Shown here in pieces: positions 30,217 through 40,158 of a stretch of DNA of 64,000 nt. The position numbers and the translations under genes were made by a program. Position 1 is the stretch's first letter. Each line of letters starts with the position of its first letter. The notes beneath the pieces were generated by a model. It was not told the origin of the DNA. It did no database searches and was given only the letters and a program-made list of their open reading frames with translations. This DNA is from Flavobacteriales bacterium (GTDB lineage: Bacteria > Bacteroidota > Bacteroidia > Flavobacteriales_D > CAJJDF01): assembly GCA_965655625.1 (NCBI GenBank), contig CBFHHA010000008.1, positions 3,742 to 67,741 on the forward strand. The letters are read 5' to 3'.

Positions 30217-30581
30217 ACTATCAAACAAAATATTTTGAACGAAGTAAAATAAGAATTCATGGTTTGTCTACCGGTGAAGTTAAGATCTAAATACGTCCAT
30301 TACCAATCATTAAAAGCTAATTTAAATCCTAAAATGTTTTACCTATGTTTTACCTAGCTCGATTTAAGAGAAAGTTTTCGAGTAAAAATTCGATGGAATT
30401 CGGTTAAAATTTTAGCCGAAACACACAGTGATTAAACCTCTCACACCCCTTAATTTTACTCATAAAAAAGCCTCTAATCAATGATTAGAGGCTTTTTTTT
30501 GTACTCAAGGACGGACAAATATCGAACTTTTTGAAAGAGGATATCCTATTAGTTCTGAGTATTATTTAAGATCCTTATCCT

Positions 30582-30732
30582 GGTTCTGTCGCATCTACCA
30601 AATTTAACCGATTTAAATTGATAAAATTCAAATGTCATAAAATAAATTCAATTGAAAATCAGCACTTTAGTTTTTTATCTGATTCCATTTTTCTTAAAAA
30701 AAAGCAAAAAAATAGACAGATGCGACAGAACC
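30582..30732. mobile_element. 151-bp MITE-like unit with 15-17-bp terminal inverted repeats
   Basis: Starts GGTTCTGTCGCATCT and ends AGATGCGACAGAACC. It has no coding capacity, and the 63-aa ORF 30618..30809 looks spurious. Confidence 0.7.
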
Positions 30733-30961
30733 TTAAACGGTGTTTAGAGATGCTAAAATCGAAGAGTATTCATGTTAATAGTTTTCTGGTCATTTACCGT
30801 ATCAAATAATATTTCACTTTGATCGAAGTTAAAGTAGAGTAAAATCAATTTGCCCTCATTTTTTGTAAAAGTAATTATACTTCAAAAGTTGTTTAAAACT
30901 TGCGGTCATTATTAGAATCTTTCTTTTTTTTATACTTAATTTATGTTTAGTTTTGGGAAAT

Positions 30962-31837
30962 ATGAGAAGGTATAAGTTTTCTGGGCACGAAACATTTCAA
31001 TGTAGACACTTTTGGTTGAAGAAAGGATACGATTTCGTTAAGAGTGGCGAGGCATTTAAATCTAAAGAAGCGCTTGTGAAGTTGGGTGTAGGTAAGAATA
31101 TGATTACCTCGATAAGTCATTGGATGAAAGCTTTTAAGGTGGCTGATAATGAATCAGGAGAGCTCACTAAATTTGGTCACTACGTTTTTGGTGAGGAGGG
31201 AAAGGATCCCTACTTGGAGGATATAGGAACACTGTTTTTATTGCATTACAACATCATGACAAATCCTCAGCAAGCATCAATTTATCAGATGACTTTTGAG
31301 GAGTTCAGAAAGACGAGAATTGATTCTGAATTCACAGCAGAATTAATATTTGATTTTGTTACGCGTAAGCTAAAGAAGGAACAAGAAGCTTTCAGTGAGA
31401 AGTCACTTCAGAATGATGTCAAGGTGTTTCTTAGAACATATGAGACTTCTTCAAAACGTGGATCAAAGAGTATAGAAGATGATTTTTCTTCTGTGTTAAT
31501 CGAGCTTGATTTAATAGACCCAATACAGAATACTTTCATAAACGGAGAACAGGTTTGTCGCATTAAATATAACGAGCGCGATGATCTCGATAAGCTTATT
31601 TATCTATATGCGATCTTGGATCAGTTCGAAGGAAGCGAATCTGTTTCGGTGAAGGAAATACAATCAGCCGTCTCCGATAAATTCTTGTGTAATAGAGAGG
31701 GGACAGAAGAGAAGTTAAATGCTTTGAGCGAAGCAGGGTATATTGTTTACAAGCAAGATGCCGGAAGGAAAGAAGTTCAGTTGAAGAATAAACTGAGTAA
31801 GTGGGATGTTCTAAATAAGTATTATGGCAACGTTTAA
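30962..31837 (+). CDS. sspB: DUF4007-like protein, SspB-like component of Ssp-type DNA phosphorothioation
   Basis: MRRYKFSGHETFQCRHFWLKKGYDF is the characteristic DUF4007 N-terminus. ATG 30962 is preferred over the TTG at 30953. It overlaps the next gene by 14 nt. Confidence 0.6.
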   Translation: MRRYKFSGHETFQCRHFWLKKGYDFVKSGEAFKSKEALVKLGVGKNMITSISHWMKAFKVADNESGELTKFGHYVFGEEGKDPYLEDIGTLFLLHYNIMTNPQQASIYQMTFEEFRKTRIDSEFTAELIFDFVTRKLKKEQEAFSEKSLQNDVKVFLRTYETSSKRGSKSIEDDFSSVLIELDLIDPIQNTFINGEQVCRIKYNERDDLDKLIYLYAILDQFEGSESVSVKEIQSAVSDKFLCNREGTEEKLNALSEAGYIVYKQDAGRKEVQLKNKLSKWDVLNKYYGNV

Positions 31838-34800
31838 GATTTCAACGAATATCAACAGGGATGCCGATGCTCAATTAGATTACATCGTAACCAAGAATGC
31901 GAATGAGGTATATAATCGCATCATTCATAACTATTCTAGAGGACAGAATTCATTTACAATCATTGGTTCGTATGGAACTGGTAAGTCTACTTTTCTCTGG
32001 GCGCTAGAGCACCACCTGAGAGGGAATACGAAATTCGATAATCCGGTTAATGGTGAATTTAAAGGAGTCAAGAATTTTGACTTCAAACGAATTGTAGGAG
32101 AATCGACTTCATTCAAGGAGAGGTTCTGTATCGAGTTTGGTTTGTCGAAATATATTTTCTCTTCGAATAAAGAAATTCTGAAGGAATTTGCTGCCCTTTG
32201 TGAAGATATTAATTCAAGGAAACGTGCTTTGGTCATTCTGGTTGATGAGTTTGGAAAGCACTTGGAGTATATCGCGAAGAATAACCCTGAGGAGATGTAT
32301 TTCATTCAGGAACTTGCCGAGTTTTGTAATGATGCCAAACGTCAAGTCATTTTAATTACAACGCTTCATCAAAACTTTTCGGTTTATGCGAAGGGTTTAA
32401 CGAAAGCAGAAAAGAGTGAGTGGGATAAGGTAAGGGGAAGACTTATAGATATAGCATTTGATGAGCCGGTAGAGCAACTATTATTCTTCGCAGCACAGCG
32501 TTTGAAAAGTATTGCGGTTCCCGGGAATCTTCAAAAGATCTACAAAGAAACGGTACACATTATCGCTAATTCTCAACTTCTTGGTAAAGGTTTAGAGAGT
32601 CGATTGGATACATTAGAGGAATTGTTTCCTTTAGAGCCACTTGCAGCAGATGTACTCACAAAATCTTTACAGCGTTACGGACAGAATGAACGCTCTCTGT
32701 TTACATTTCTTGAGTCACCGGAATTATCTAGAAAGATCCATAACCAGCAAGCGTTCAATGTTGCCGATTGTTTTGATTATTTGATAGAAAACTTATCCGC
32801 TGAAATTGAAGATGGAGAGAAGAATCCGTTCAAGCCTCAGTGGAAAGCAGCTGTACTAGCTTTAGAAAAAGCTGAATTCATGTTTGAAGAGTATTATCAA
32901 GCGGTTGCAGATATCGTGAAAACGATTTGCTTGGTCAATATCTTCTCGAACAACGCTGGTCGACTAGATGATAACGTTCTTGTGAGTTATGGAGAGAATG
33001 TTCTTGGAATTAAGAACACGGATTCATTACTCAAAGGACTCGTGGAAAAGCGAATCATTAAATTCTCTAATTACAGATCGAAATACAATTTTATAGATGG
33101 TACGGATGTAGATGTAGAGCAAGAGTTAATCAAGGCAGCGCAACATGTTGACCAGGAGATAAACCTGATTAGCAGACTGGAGTCTTATTTTGATTTTGGG
33201 ATCATCCCTGCAAAGCGAATTCAATTTGAATTGGGTACGCCACGTTTCTTTCAGTTCAACTTTACGAATGAGTTCACATATGAGGAGCCTACAAATGAAA
33301 TTGATGGATATATCAATTTAATATTCACTAAAAAGCGGATATTAAAATTAGTTGAAGAGGGGGGTGAAAATGCTCCTGCTTCTCAAATATTTGTTCTTTT
33401 CATGGAGATAGATAAAATTCAAGAAACCATTTTTGAGATCGACAAGATCAACTATGTAATCCAAAAGTTTGTTGATGACAAGGTTGCAATGAGAATTCTT
33501 AACGAAGAGAAGCTACATCGAACAAATCAGTTAAAGGATTTTGTGGAGGGCGCGTTGTTCTCAAAAGAAGCGAAAGTCACATGGATCTGGAATTCTAAAT
33601 TAGACACACTGTATAGCGGGAAAAAGCGCTCGATTAATTCTTACAGGGATTTGAATCGTCTATTATCGGATGCTGCTCAAATTGCTTATCCTGAGACTCC
33701 TTGTTACCGTAATGAAATGGTGAACAAGGAATACTTGTCTTCACCAATACTTACGGCGCGAAAGGCCTTGATTAGGCAAATTGTAGCCCATGGTGATGAG
33801 AAAGATTTAGGATTCGAGGAGAAACGTTTTCCACCGCAGAAAACAATTTACTTATCCTTATTAAAGGAGACGGGTATTCACCAAGAGGAGAACGGTCGCT
33901 ATTTCTTTGGTAAACCCTCTGATCCGAGCTTCGCTCCACTTTGGGAAAAGAGTGAAGAAGTTCTGAGTAAATCTACCCAATCAAAAATGGCAGTGATTCA
34001 ATTCTATGATGATTTGAAATCTGGAGGGTTCAAATTGAAACAGGGGTTTTTAGATTTTTGGGTTCATTTGTTCTTGGTTATTAAGAAAGAGGACTATGGA
34101 TTGTATTACCAGGATGGAGAATATGTTCCGCACCTGACACCGGAGGTAATGGATCTTGTTTACAAGCATCCCACGAAATACTTTATCAAAGCACTTTCTG
34201 CGGAAGGCGTTCGTTCAGACTATCTAGGGTACTACAAAGAACTAGTAGGATACAACGAATCAAATATTAAAGGTCTAGAATCAAGCTATATTACGATCTA
34301 CGGTAACTTCTTAAGGTTCTATAGAGGCTTAGAGGATTTTACAAAGAAGACGAAGACAGATCTTTCAAAATCTAGCCTTGGTGTAAGAGATGCTATTGCG
34401 AATGCAAAGGACCCAGAAACAGCTTTGTTTACGAGTATACCTGAGGCATTAGGTTATTACGGATTGGAAGAATCTGATCCACGTCTTCAAAATTTCTTAA
34501 TGGATTTACAAGGTGCGATCCGAGAGATCCGAAGTGCTTACGATTGTCTTGTAGATAAGATTGAATTGAACATTAAAGAACATTTGTCAATTGATGTTGA
34601 CAGTTTCGATGAACTCAAAGAACAACTATTCAAGCTATTCCGTGGAGTGAATAAGAATATGATCGCTAATGATAAATTGAAAATATTCTATACACGTGTT
34701 GTTTCCCCTTTGGACGTTAAAAATGCGTATTGGGAATCCCTTTGTGATGCTGCGATAGGTAAGAAGTTAGACAAGGTAACTGATGATGAAGTTCAGTTGC

Positions 34801-35069
34801 TCATTGATAGGATGAAAGGGGAATTCAGTACCCTTATAGACCTCGTTGATATTCATAAGGTTGATCTTGCGGATGACGAAGAAATCATACAGTTTAGTAT
34901 ATTAGACCAATCAGGTGATAAAAATGTTCGTAAAAACCTTATTGTATCTCCTGAAAAGATAAAAGCATCAGAAAAACTGCAAGAGCGATTGGAAGGAATA
35001 CTAGGGGAGGATACAGAAGCAAATAGAATTGCACTATTGCAATTGCTTGAGAAAGAGATTAAAAAATAA
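31824..35069 (+). CDS. sspC: Large P-loop ATPase (1081 aa), SspC-like
   Basis: Walker A GSYGTGKST and Walker B LVILVDEFGKH, followed by a long helical C-terminal region. It lies between the DUF4007 and PAPS-reductase genes as in Ssp loci. Confidence 0.55.
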   Translation: MATFKISTNINRDADAQLDYIVTKNANEVYNRIIHNYSRGQNSFTIIGSYGTGKSTFLWALEHHLRGNTKFDNPVNGEFKGVKNFDFKRIVGESTSFKERFCIEFGLSKYIFSSNKEILKEFAALCEDINSRKRALVILVDEFGKHLEYIAKNNPEEMYFIQELAEFCNDAKRQVILITTLHQNFSVYAKGLTKAEKSEWDKVRGRLIDIAFDEPVEQLLFFAAQRLKSIAVPGNLQKIYKETVHIIANSQLLGKGLESRLDTLEELFPLEPLAADVLTKSLQRYGQNERSLFTFLESPELSRKIHNQQAFNVADCFDYLIENLSAEIEDGEKNPFKPQWKAAVLALEKAEFMFEEYYQAVADIVKTICLVNIFSNNAGRLDDNVLVSYGENVLGIKNTDSLLKGLVEKRIIKFSNYRSKYNFIDGTDVDVEQELIKAAQHVDQEINLISRLESYFDFGIIPAKRIQFELGTPRFFQFNFTNEFTYEEPTNEIDGYINLIFTKKRILKLVEEGGENAPASQIFVLFMEIDKIQETIFEIDKINYVIQKFVDDKVAMRILNEEKLHRTNQLKDFVEGALFSKEAKVTWIWNSKLDTLYSGKKRSINSYRDLNRLLSDAAQIAYPETPCYRNEMVNKEYLSSPILTARKALIRQIVAHGDEKDLGFEEKRFPPQKTIYLSLLKETGIHQEENGRYFFGKPSDPSFAPLWEKSEEVLSKSTQSKMAVIQFYDDLKSGGFKLKQGFLDFWVHLFLVIKKEDYGLYYQDGEYVPHLTPEVMDLVYKHPTKYFIKALSAEGVRSDYLGYYKELVGYNESNIKGLESSYITIYGNFLRFYRGLEDFTKKTKTDLSKSSLGVRDAIANAKDPETALFTSIPEALGYYGLEESDPRLQNFLMDLQGAIREIRSAYDCLVDKIELNIKEHLSIDVDSFDELKEQLFKLFRGVNKNMIANDKLKIFYTRVVSPLDVKNAYWESLCDAAIGKKLDKVTDDEVQLLIDRMKGEFSTLIDLVDIHKVDLADDEEIIQFSILDQSGDKNVRKNLIVSPEKIKASEKLQERLEGILGEDTEANRIALLQLLEKEIKK

Positions 35070-36187
35070 TGACAGAAGTAAAGCACATATTGGGAATATC
35101 AGGAGGGAAGGATAGTGCTGCCTTGGCATTGTACCTTAACCAAATGTATCCAGAAATAAATGTTGAATATTATACGTGTGATACAGGACGGGAACTAAAT
35201 GAGACATATAAACTCATTGAGCGCCTAGAGAGTAGAATGGGACAGAGGATTAAGCTGCTAGATGCGGTAGATCTAGACAATGTCGCAGATAGTTCTCCAT
35301 TTGATCATTTCTTATCATTGTACGGAGGCTATTTACCTTCCTCTACTTCTCGTTGGTGCACAAAGAAACTAAAGTTAGAGCCTTTTGAGAATTACATCGG
35401 AGATGAATCTACGATTTCATATGTTGGAATCCGTGGAGATGAAGATCGTGATGGTTATATTTCAAAGAAGCAAACAGTTCAATCAATCTTTCCATTCAGA
35501 AAGAATATCTGGAGTGAGGATGTGAACAGACTAATCTTGAGTAACACTAATCAGGATCGATTTATTGAAGTTGCGAAAGAAGTTGTAGATCCCATTTACT
35601 TGGATCGATTTATAGGGTATGCGGAAACGCCTATTTCTTCAACTTTTAATCTAAAGCAAAAACTAAATGCGTTGTTGGATGTAAGCATTAAGTCATACAA
35701 CCATGTGGTATTTCAATTATTGAAAGACACTGATTACCCTGTTGGGCAGTTAGAATCATTTCCTCTTATAGATAATGAAGAAAATCTTGTATTAGAAGAC
35801 ATCTTCAACTTATTAGAGGATTCTGGTGTCGGTATTCCAGCCTACTACAAACCACTCGAATATGAAGTGGAAATTGATGGCGAAATCAAAAAGGGCACAT
35901 ACAGTCGCAGTCGTTCAGGATGTTTCTTTTGTTTCTACCAACAAAAAATCGAATGGGTTTGGTTATTAGAACATCATCCCGATTTGTTTGAAAAGGCAAT
36001 CGAATACGAAAAGGATGGTTACTCTTGGATGGATACAGAAACCTTAGAAGAGTTGCGTCAGTCTGACCGCGTAGCGGCTATAAAGAAAGAACACTATTTA
36101 CGAATGAACCGAAACAACCAACAAAAGTCTTGGAAGGACCAAATCCTTGATGCAGATGGTGAGGGTTGTGCAAGTTGTTTTATTTAA
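35069..36187 (+). CDS. sspD: PAPS-reductase/PP-loop ATP pyrophosphatase family protein, SspD-like
   Basis: PP-loop ILGISGGKDSAALALYL; C-terminal Cys motifs GCFFCFY and GEGCASC. The start overlaps the sspC stop (TAATG). Confidence 0.7.
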   Translation: MTEVKHILGISGGKDSAALALYLNQMYPEINVEYYTCDTGRELNETYKLIERLESRMGQRIKLLDAVDLDNVADSSPFDHFLSLYGGYLPSSTSRWCTKKLKLEPFENYIGDESTISYVGIRGDEDRDGYISKKQTVQSIFPFRKNIWSEDVNRLILSNTNQDRFIEVAKEVVDPIYLDRFIGYAETPISSTFNLKQKLNALLDVSIKSYNHVVFQLLKDTDYPVGQLESFPLIDNEENLVLEDIFNLLEDSGVGIPAYYKPLEYEVEIDGEIKKGTYSRSRSGCFFCFYQQKIEWVWLLEHHPDLFEKAIEYEKDGYSWMDTETLEELRQSDRVAAIKKEHYLRMNRNNQQKSWKDQILDADGEGCASCFI

Positions 36188-36210
36188 GAGTTAGATGTCA
36201 AGAATAGATC

Positions 36211-37010
36211 ATGTACATTGACAAATTAAAATTAAAATCTTTTGGCCCCTTTGAAGAACTTTGCTTAAACTTTCATCAAAGAAGTTTAAATCTAGTTTTT
36301 GGCAATAATGGAGCCGGAAAAATCCAAATAGTAGCTGGAATAATTGGAGCAGTTTCTCCGTCTCATGAGCTTTTTATATAATCGAATCCACAAGTTACAC
36401 TGATAGTGAGTTAAACATTTCTCTAATAGAAAATAATCAGGTTGAGAACACATTAATTGCAAGATCATCTGAGACCGAAAGCGGTCTTTTTGTTAGAACA
36501 ACCAATGCTGGAAAAATATCTAAGAAACTTTATGAAGTTGCTAAAAATGAGAAGATGCCTTCACTTCTTTTAAACTTTTCGCTTCATTCTGAAACACTAG
36601 ATAAACGCTCAATTCTATATATTCTTAAGAAAGTGCCAAAAGATATTCCATTAGAACTATGGAATACCATACGTGATATTATAATTGATGGAATGAATTC
36701 TCCAACTCTATCGGTATGGCCATATGTTTTCTTACTTGCAAAGGAAATACATCTAAGACGCAAATACTCGAACTCAATCCCCCTATTGGTTGACCTACCT
36801 ACTTTATTTAATTCTGATTTTGTTCCACTTTTGCTAGATATTTTGAACGAGTTAGCAAAATATGACCAAGTAATTCTATTCTTAAAAGAAGAAGGTAAAA
36901 TCCAAGAGTCAATAGACGAATATCAAGTCCTTTATACATTGCCAAACAAAATTTCAACTCAAAAGCATTATTTATTTGGAGACTCCAACTTGATTTTATT
37001 TCCACAATAA
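36211..37010 (+). pseudogene. Frameshifted, catalytically degenerate SMC/ABC-like mini-ATPase
   Basis: The ORF 36211-36381 (MYIDKLKLKSFGPFEEL...VFGNNGAGKIQ) stops at TAA. A second frame is open from 36369 to 37010 and carries a Walker-B-like PLLVDLPTLFNSD. The two frames overlap at a T5 run (36371-36375). The Walker A has GKI rather than GK[ST], and the Walker B has DL rather than DE. Confidence 0.55.
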
Positions 37011-37269
37011 AATCGTCAGCTAAGAAAACCAAATTTGCAAAACTAAACGGTTATGCAAATGAATCTCTAAACTACTTGTAAGGCTGAACAGTAGATCATT
37101 TATACTTATTAAAGGAAGTACTCAATTGGAAACTTTATAGGTTTGACTCTCTGTAGAATTTTATCACTGAACAATAACGTGTCTCTGGACGATTGTTGAA
37201 CAATTATTTTTTTGTTGAGTTTGCGAATTACAGTGCATCACTCAAGTCTTCTTTAAATAGAAATTCAAT

Positions 37270-37773
37270 TTATTTCAACACCATATCCAAAAACGAAGTT
37301 GGATTTAAAAAGTGATTTGGGTTATCGTTGATTTTATCTCTAATCAAATTCAACCCACCATTCGTATAGGACTCCATTGTTGTTATTAACTGCTTCACGG
37401 CATCATCTTCACTAACCTCACCTTTTTCCAATTGAATTAGGTCAATGTCCGTTTTAGCAAGCACCGCCATAAACATAAACTCCTGTAGATTACTAAAGTC
37501 CTTGCGCAACGAAGACTTATTCCCCCAGTACTGAATATGATGACTAAAGTCTGTTTTCTTCTCATCCTTCTCAATAGGAGTGAATTCATTCTCATACAAC
37601 CCCAAAAAGAAAGCGTACATGTACAACTCGTAATTAGTACTATAATGCTTTCCTAAATTCAGCTTCTTTTCTCCTTCAGCACCATATTTTTGTGATAATG
37701 CTGTAAATAAATCTTTGTGGTGAACACTATATTTAGGAATTCTTGTTTTCCACTTATCAAATAAACTTTCCAT
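37270..37773 (-). CDS. Small protein resembling 'DNA phosphorothioation-associated protein 4'
   Basis: 167 aa. YELYMYAFFLGLYENEF ... MESYTNGGLNLI matches, as far as I recall it, that Dnd-linked family (..fAa.lG ... EeYaNGGl..l). It is the last gene of the minus-strand operon, 1 nt after the ATPase stop. Confidence 0.45.
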   Translation of the reverse strand: MESLFDKWKTRIPKYSVHHKDLFTALSQKYGAEGEKKLNLGKHYSTNYELYMYAFFLGLYENEFTPIEKDEKKTDFSHHIQYWGNKSSLRKDFSNLQEFMFMAVLAKTDIDLIQLEKGEVSEDDAVKQLITTMESYTNGGLNLIRDKINDNPNHFLNPTSFLDMVLK

Positions 37774-37774
37774 A

Positions 37775-39922
37775 TTACAATGAAATTACTTCAGTATTAA
37801 TCGTTTCTAGGTTCTTTGGATCAAATGGTCTTTCCAGTCTAATCCAGAACGCCTTGTTTCTTTTAACATCTTCAAAATCCTTCTTAATTTCCAACGCATT
37901 TGATGAATCACTAGTTGCTAAGAAATCCTTTAACAATAAAATCTTTTGGTTTCCAGTCTCGTAAATTAAGTTTAGAAATTCTGTTGTTTTGTTATCTCCA
38001 AATGATGATGTTGGAGCATCGAAAATTAACGGATATTTTTCTTCTCTAGCTTCTGAGGCTAATTCAGAAATAGCAAACAAAATCGATATATGCATTGACG
38101 TTAAAAGAGAAGTGTTTGGCTTATAGAATATACGCCCATTCTCTTCCAATTCTGCATCAATAGTTAAACTGTCCTGTCGTTGTAGCTTTGTAAAAACGAT
38201 CGTCCCTGTGAATGAATCCACATTAATTCGACCAAAGAATTCATTAGATTTATCTTGCAGTTTTTGAATGAATTCGTCAAACTTTTGAGATTTCGTTTCA
38301 TTAAAAATTGTCTCAATATCTCTGAGAATCTCACGAGTCTTGACTAGGAAGTTGTTCGCTGACTCTAAATCTATTTTATCCTTTTCGGCTTTCATCCTCT
38401 TAAGCTGAGCTTCAACGTCTTCTAAAGAAGCGCCTTCTCTCAATAAAAGTTTGTTCTTTATGGTCAAATCATCTTGCCAGGCCGTATAGTTCTTGAGTAC
38501 ATCATCTAAATCATCTTCCTTAAGTTTGGAGTCACCCAAAACTTTATCACGCTCCTCCTTTTCTTTCTCAAGATCTTTTTCGAGTTGAGCAATATCCTCT
38601 TTGCGCTTTTCATTAAACTCAAAAAGATCCTTTATATCTGTTTTAACCGAACGTAGATCTTTCAAGCTATCTTCGTGCATTGTGTTCAGTGTTACAAGCC
38701 GTGAGGTATAATCAAACTCAAACAGCTCCTCCTCATCCTCCTCGTCTTCTGCTTCTTGAGATGCAAGGTAATTCTTCAAACGAGTTATCATAAACTCATA
38801 CGCTTCAGATCCTTTTGGCGCTTCTCGATTGCACACCTTACACAATTCAGCATCTAGCATCTCTTCCATCACTGCCTTTGACGGTACAGTGACTGGGAGT
38901 GGAATAGCATTCTTCAATAATTCATCCTTGAGCTTCTTCTCCCCCTCTTTCTTTCCTTTCTCTTTGTCAAATTCAGTCTGAAGACGTCTCTTTTCTTTAC
39001 TCAATTCGTTGATCTTATCCGCAAACTCTTTCTGAATCGATTCGAAATTCACCAAAATCCAATTCTCATCAAAGAGGCTTTCAGTGTAATTTTCATTAAT
39101 CAACCCATTCGTGTCATGAATTTTCTTCTGAATTTTATCAATACGCTCATTGATCGTTTTTAACGCCTTAGAATTATTCACAAACTTCCCTGCCGCTTTG
39201 ATCAAATCCTTTAATTTATCAATCTCTTTTTCCGCCGCACCTATTTGGACCTCAATTTGTTTTTTCTTCCTTTCAAGTAATTTAATGTCGGCATCTAATA
39301 CGTTGTATTGAGCAAATTTCTTCTTGTCCTTCTTGGTGGAATCTTCCACTGCCTTTTGAGCCTTTGCCTCAAGGAACTCACCTTTCTTTGAATATTTCTC
39401 GTAATACTTGGCTGCTTGAGAAAAATTATTGATCAGTATTTCAAGAGCAGTCGTATTCTGAAAAATATCTAACTCACTTTCACCCTTAAACATTGAATAC
39501 CTTCTTATTTCACTTGGAAATACTCTGTCGAGTAAATTTTGACCATCCACTGGTGTTCTACTACCGTCGCGAGTTTCTTCCGCACCTTGCAATGTCAAAT
39601 TCGAAGTTTCAAAATCACCACCTGACAACTTTTTAACGTTGAAACTTTTGGATACAACTTGCTTTTCATTGAATTGTTCAGTTGTAATCGATACTTTCAC
39701 TTTTAGCTCTTCCCCTTCATCCAATTCTCCAAGTGCTTTAGCTGAAACTAAACTATTCAAGTCATCGCTTGTTCTTTTAAACAACCATTCAAGCGCTTCA
39801 AAGAATTTCGTTTTACCTTCTCCATTTTCACCTAGCACAATATTCAACCCATCACAAAGCTCAAATTCTTTGACACCGTAGTAGCATAGGAAATTCTCTA
39901 TTGATATCTTTTTTATTATCAT
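37775..39922 (-). CDS. SMC/Rad50/DndD-like ATPase with central CxxC hook
   Basis: The N-terminus IKKISIENFLCYYG...GENGEGKTKFFEALEWLF carries the Walker A. About 450 aa of coiled coil follow, with LCKVCN at residues 360-365 of 715 (nt 38831-38842). The C-terminus has PLIFDAPTSSFGD (Walker B/D-loop). Confidence 0.7.
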   Translation of the reverse strand: MIIKKISIENFLCYYGVKEFELCDGLNIVLGENGEGKTKFFEALEWLFKRTSDDLNSLVSAKALGELDEGEELKVKVSITTEQFNEKQVVSKSFNVKKLSGGDFETSNLTLQGAEETRDGSRTPVDGQNLLDRVFPSEIRRYSMFKGESELDIFQNTTALEILINNFSQAAKYYEKYSKKGEFLEAKAQKAVEDSTKKDKKKFAQYNVLDADIKLLERKKKQIEVQIGAAEKEIDKLKDLIKAAGKFVNNSKALKTINERIDKIQKKIHDTNGLINENYTESLFDENWILVNFESIQKEFADKINELSKEKRRLQTEFDKEKGKKEGEKKLKDELLKNAIPLPVTVPSKAVMEEMLDAELCKVCNREAPKGSEAYEFMITRLKNYLASQEAEDEEDEEELFEFDYTSRLVTLNTMHEDSLKDLRSVKTDIKDLFEFNEKRKEDIAQLEKDLEKEKEERDKVLGDSKLKEDDLDDVLKNYTAWQDDLTIKNKLLLREGASLEDVEAQLKRMKAEKDKIDLESANNFLVKTREILRDIETIFNETKSQKFDEFIQKLQDKSNEFFGRINVDSFTGTIVFTKLQRQDSLTIDAELEENGRIFYKPNTSLLTSMHISILFAISELASEAREEKYPLIFDAPTSSFGDNKTTEFLNLIYETGNQKILLLKDFLATSDSSNALEIKKDFEDVKRNKAFWIRLERPFDPKNLETINTEVISL

Positions 39923-40152
39923 ACCGCTTCCTGATTTAAAAATTGAATTATCTTTTTCTGTAATGCTGAGTCTGACTCTGCCGGAACCTTTTCTTGCGAT
40001 TCAACAATCAGTGCAATTGTCTGAATAATCACATGGTTTGAAGAAAGTCCTTCCCTCAAGTTGTTGGGTAAATCAGATTGATCAATCCCATATTTATCCT
40101 TAACAATGGGGTGTTTTACAAAACTTACAAAAATGTCATCTTTTCTAGCCAT
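39919..40152 (-). CDS. 77-aa hypothetical protein within the restriction-like operon
   Basis: The ORF overlaps the downstream ATPase gene by 4 nt (ATGA) and starts 6 nt after the helicase stop. No family recognised. Confidence 0.45.
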   Translation of the reverse strand: MARKDDIFVSFVKHPIVKDKYGIDQSDLPNNLREGLSSNHVIIQTIALIVESQEKVPAESDSALQKKIIQFLNQEAV

Positions 40153-40158
40153 AGTATG

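Noticed and set aside
30618-30809. 63-aa ORF overlapping the 151-bp MITE-like unit
   Set aside because: It starts inside the repeat unit and runs through its terminal inverted repeat. It is AT-rich and low-complexity, and shows no conservation with the other units.
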